Shown: piece by piece, positions 60,384 through 64,000 of the stretch | How positions within the stretch are numbered: position 1 is the stretch's first letter | Layout of the letters: the number at the start of each line of letters is the position of its first letter | NCBI GenBank assembly: GCA_964016885.1 | Contig: OZ024751.1 | Coordinates: 38,564,001 to 38,628,000 of the forward strand | Origin: Eledone cirrhosa | Taxonomy: Eukaryota | Direction: 5' to 3' | Length of the DNA stretch: 64,000 bases | Notes under the pieces: generated by a model | Database searches by the model: none | What the model saw: only the letters and a program-made list of their open reading frames with translations | What the model was told of the DNA's origin: nothing | Translations under genes and position numbers: made by a program

Positions 60384-61930
60384 TACATATATGTTGATAA
60401 TAATTATGGACGTGGTTTCAAAGTTCCATTATATTTACACAGGGGTGACGTTCGTTTCACAACATGGCATCTTGGAAGAGTGTCATGTACCATGTATTTA
60501 CGTCAACCCATGTCTTGCGAAGGAAGGTTTTAGACGGAAATTATTTACAAACATATTTAGAGACTCGCCCTATTCAAAGAACCGAATTTGTAATATCCCT
60601 TCTTAAGCTTAATCTACCTGAGAACGAATTTAAGCGTAGACATAGCTGTGAAATGCTTAACTATTTACTACTTGATTTCCCCAGCAAACTGGGTTTTTTT
60701 TGTTCGGACAATTAGAAAATTCATTATCTTAACCATCAGTGGTCCATCCAACTGCACAATTGAAACTGCCTCCAGTATGTCATTATAGTTCGTTCCCTCT
60801 ACCTTGGAAGCCAATGCTCGCCAGACAGTGAGACAAAAGAAATTAAGTGTTAACTAAATAACATATAAAGAAATTTATAGCAGAAATTTTTAATTATTTC
60901 TCTCTTATTTGTACATATATTTGTTCGTATTTGTTCAGAGTTTTCTACATATAGATTACTTTGAAGTTGGAAAAAAACATTCCCTGGTACATTGTCATCT
61001 AAATTAATTGGAAAATTGAAATATTTATTAATTTTTCTAATAACTAAATAACTAAATTGAAAACACATTAACCTCAGAAGTCACGTGGCAGAAGGCAACA
61101 TACAAAACTGTGCAAGGATTTTCTTAAGTTTATAAACAAAATATCGGAAGGAAGGAAATGATGTTAGTGTTAGTTCACAACCTATTTAAGAGACAAGTAT
61201 TAAAGTCCAAAATTAAAATAACAGCTACAGCAACAACAAAAATAATTTAAATATATACATGTTTTTTTCTGCCAGACGCCATCTTGCTGAAATTACTCCA
61301 CACGACGAAACAGCAGTATAAATAAACAGATTTTTAATTAAAATGAAAATTAATAAAACGAAGAAAAACAAGAAGAAAAACAAAACATTAAAATAACTAT
61401 ACAATCAGTTTGTTTTTAATCCAAATACCATGTTTATAAATAACCTTATTCATTAATTACACATATCCACGTTCCGAATACAAGTCGTGTCAACACCTTA
61501 AATCATGAACGAGAATAACAACGCCCATATTAAACATTCCTGTTAAATATATATTCTACAGCCTGGTTATATTTATTAAAGGACAGAGTAGTACGAGTAA
61601 ATAAGGTTTCATTATGGCGCAATGTTCAAAATGTATTGAAATCTTAATAAATGTTTAAAAACCTTTAAATAAATCTATTAACGTGACTTTTGACACATAA
61701 ACAAGATTTTCTAGTGGGAAGTTCACACAATAACATCTATAATATTCGAAGTCCTAGAAGTCGGCTAACGTACATTGTTTATCTACAATAATGGTGTTTT
61801 TTGTTGTTTATGTCGACGATAATTAGTCCCAAATCAAGTCTTACAGAGCAGACGCATAATTAAATGGAATCTAACCATGAACAATTAGTAGTTATACTGG
61901 AACAATATTTCGTTAAGAGTACTTATGTCT

Positions 61931-62092
61931 AAGGCGGCAAATTGGCAAAGTGTTTAAGACGGTGGATAGAATACTTTAACGTATGTATTTTGGCTCTCTG
62001 CTATCTCAGTTCATATCTACCACGATTAACTTTGTCTTTCATCGATTTGACTGCGATAAAAAAAAAGGTACAAATCACGGACTGGGGTCGAT
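61931..62092 (+). mobile_element. Old S1-related SINE
   Basis: aaggcggcaaattggcaaag..ttaactttgtctttcatc..gataaaa..ggtac..actggggtcgatt. Confidence 0.55.
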
Positions 62093-62726
62093 TCTTCTTC
62101 TATACCTCTTCCTCAATTCTATTCTATTCTCTGGAAGAAATCAGCTGTATTGAGGCCTGGATGGGAGATGGGCTCCACCGAGTTTTAAAATGTTCTAGAA
62201 AAGATGTATATTAATACGGTGCCCTACAAATCCCTCATTAGTTACAGGACCCTGCATTCATGCATATTCATTTCTATAGAAGCCTGACTTTGGTACGGTA
62301 ACATGATTTGAGGAAACTTATTTCTAGTTTATCGAGCTTAGCTCCTCCAATGCTATTACATACTTTAATAATACTTTTAATAACTACGTATGAGGAGATT
62401 AGGCAATAGCACAAAATAATTACCGAAAGTTTTTAACAGCAAGATCGAAACAAGAAACCCATGATATTCCATCAAACGACATAACATTGTCAAGGTGGAA
62501 CTGTATTTATCACTAATACATTAATACATATAACAAGGTACTTATGACTAGGTAACCCCTTCTTTAAAATAAATCACAGCAAACAAACTTATATCGCATA
62601 CATTCTGAAATGTATAAATATATAATTATATACAAATACACATACATACACATATGTATACATACCTATATGTACACACATATATACACACATACATTAC
62701 ATACATACATACCTCTAAACATACAC

Positions 62727-62814
<88 letters not shown>

Positions 62815-62824
62815 TTCATAGATG

Positions 62825-62860
<36 letters not shown>

Positions 62861-63484
62861 CATACGTGCATATACATTACATACATACATATATAGATAT
62901 ATAAATATACATACATTACATACATATACATACATATATACATACATATACATACATACACCCATACATACATATATATAAATAAAGTGTGTGCTTGTGG
63001 TTATGTGAATGTGTACGTGGTATGCATCCATTTCAAGGTACACGAGGGGGTATACCATAATCTCTATGTTTATGTATGTGTTCATATTCATCATAGCGCC
63101 ATCTTGTCATCAAATACACAAAGGTGAAGAGAAGGAAGAACCACAAAGAAAATATTTTGCATAACCAACACAAAATAAAAGCAGACAATACAGGGAAACA
63201 TATTAAAATATTGTTATTGTTGTTGGGGTCAATATAAAGATATATACAGAATACAGGCACCGATATATAATATAGATATTAACATATGTTATTTGAACAT
63301 ATCATTCATGTAGATTTCTATAATTTTTTGTAGGTTTACATAAATGCAAATATATATATACACACTATAGTTAGATGTGAATATGTACGCATAAACATAT
63401 AGATACATACATTTACGTTTGTACTTATATATAACTCATAAAGTTCTGCATGTAAATATATATGGATATGTAGATATGTATTTG

Positions 63485-63528
<44 letters not shown>

Positions 63529-63599
63529 CATCAAATTTGTCATAGAAACGTGTGCGAATATCCTTGAGTATGTAGATATATACTGGTTTATGATTGCAT

Positions 63600-63622
63600 A
63601 TATATATATATATATATAATAT

Positions 63623-63686
<64 letters not shown>

Positions 63687-63741
63687 ATTATATATATATA
63701 TATAATATATATATATATATAATATAATATATATATATATA

Positions 63742-63784
<43 letters not shown>

Positions 63785-63811
63785 AAATATATATATATAT
63801 ATATATAATAT

Positions 63812-63860
<49 letters not shown>
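63600..63860. repeat. Interrupted (TA)n array
   Basis: Seen directly. Confidence 0.95.
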
Positions 63861-64000
63861 GAAGAGGAAGAGAATGGTAAAGAAGGAGAGTGTAAGGGAG
63901 AAAAACAGAGCAGTGAAGAAAGAACCTAGAAGTATATGATCGCTGCTAATGTAAAAATGTGTACTGGGAGACACTTACAATGATCGGTGCAGCCATGCTT

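Overview
This is AT-rich eukaryotic DNA, intronic or intergenic, very probably from an octopod cephalopod: it carries many octopus-type tRNA-derived SINEs and very dense (TA)n/(CA)n/(GA)n microsatellites. I can support no host protein-coding gene; almost all ORFs in the track are microsatellite translations. The window holds (i) about 14 young copies of one SINE, often in tandem pairs, plus older SINEs, (ii) truncated LINE fragments (Vingi/Ingi-like, CRE-like, RTE-like), (iii) small DNA-transposon MITEs, and (iv) several unrelated elements inside (TA)n tracts that carry type-I hammerhead ribozyme motifs and inverted duplications of their 3' ends. Complete hammerhead cores fold by eye at 5199-5271 (+), 12345-12400 (+) and 42865-42952 (-). 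One sits directly downstream of a Penelope-like GIY-YIG endonuclease C-terminus. A seven-copy palindromic element looks like a hammerhead whose 5' half was replaced by a fold-back copy made from the helix II hairpin. Together these suggest a diverse (TA)n-targeting Penelope/retrozyme-like system. All folds and family assignments were made by eye and need computational and experimental confirmation.
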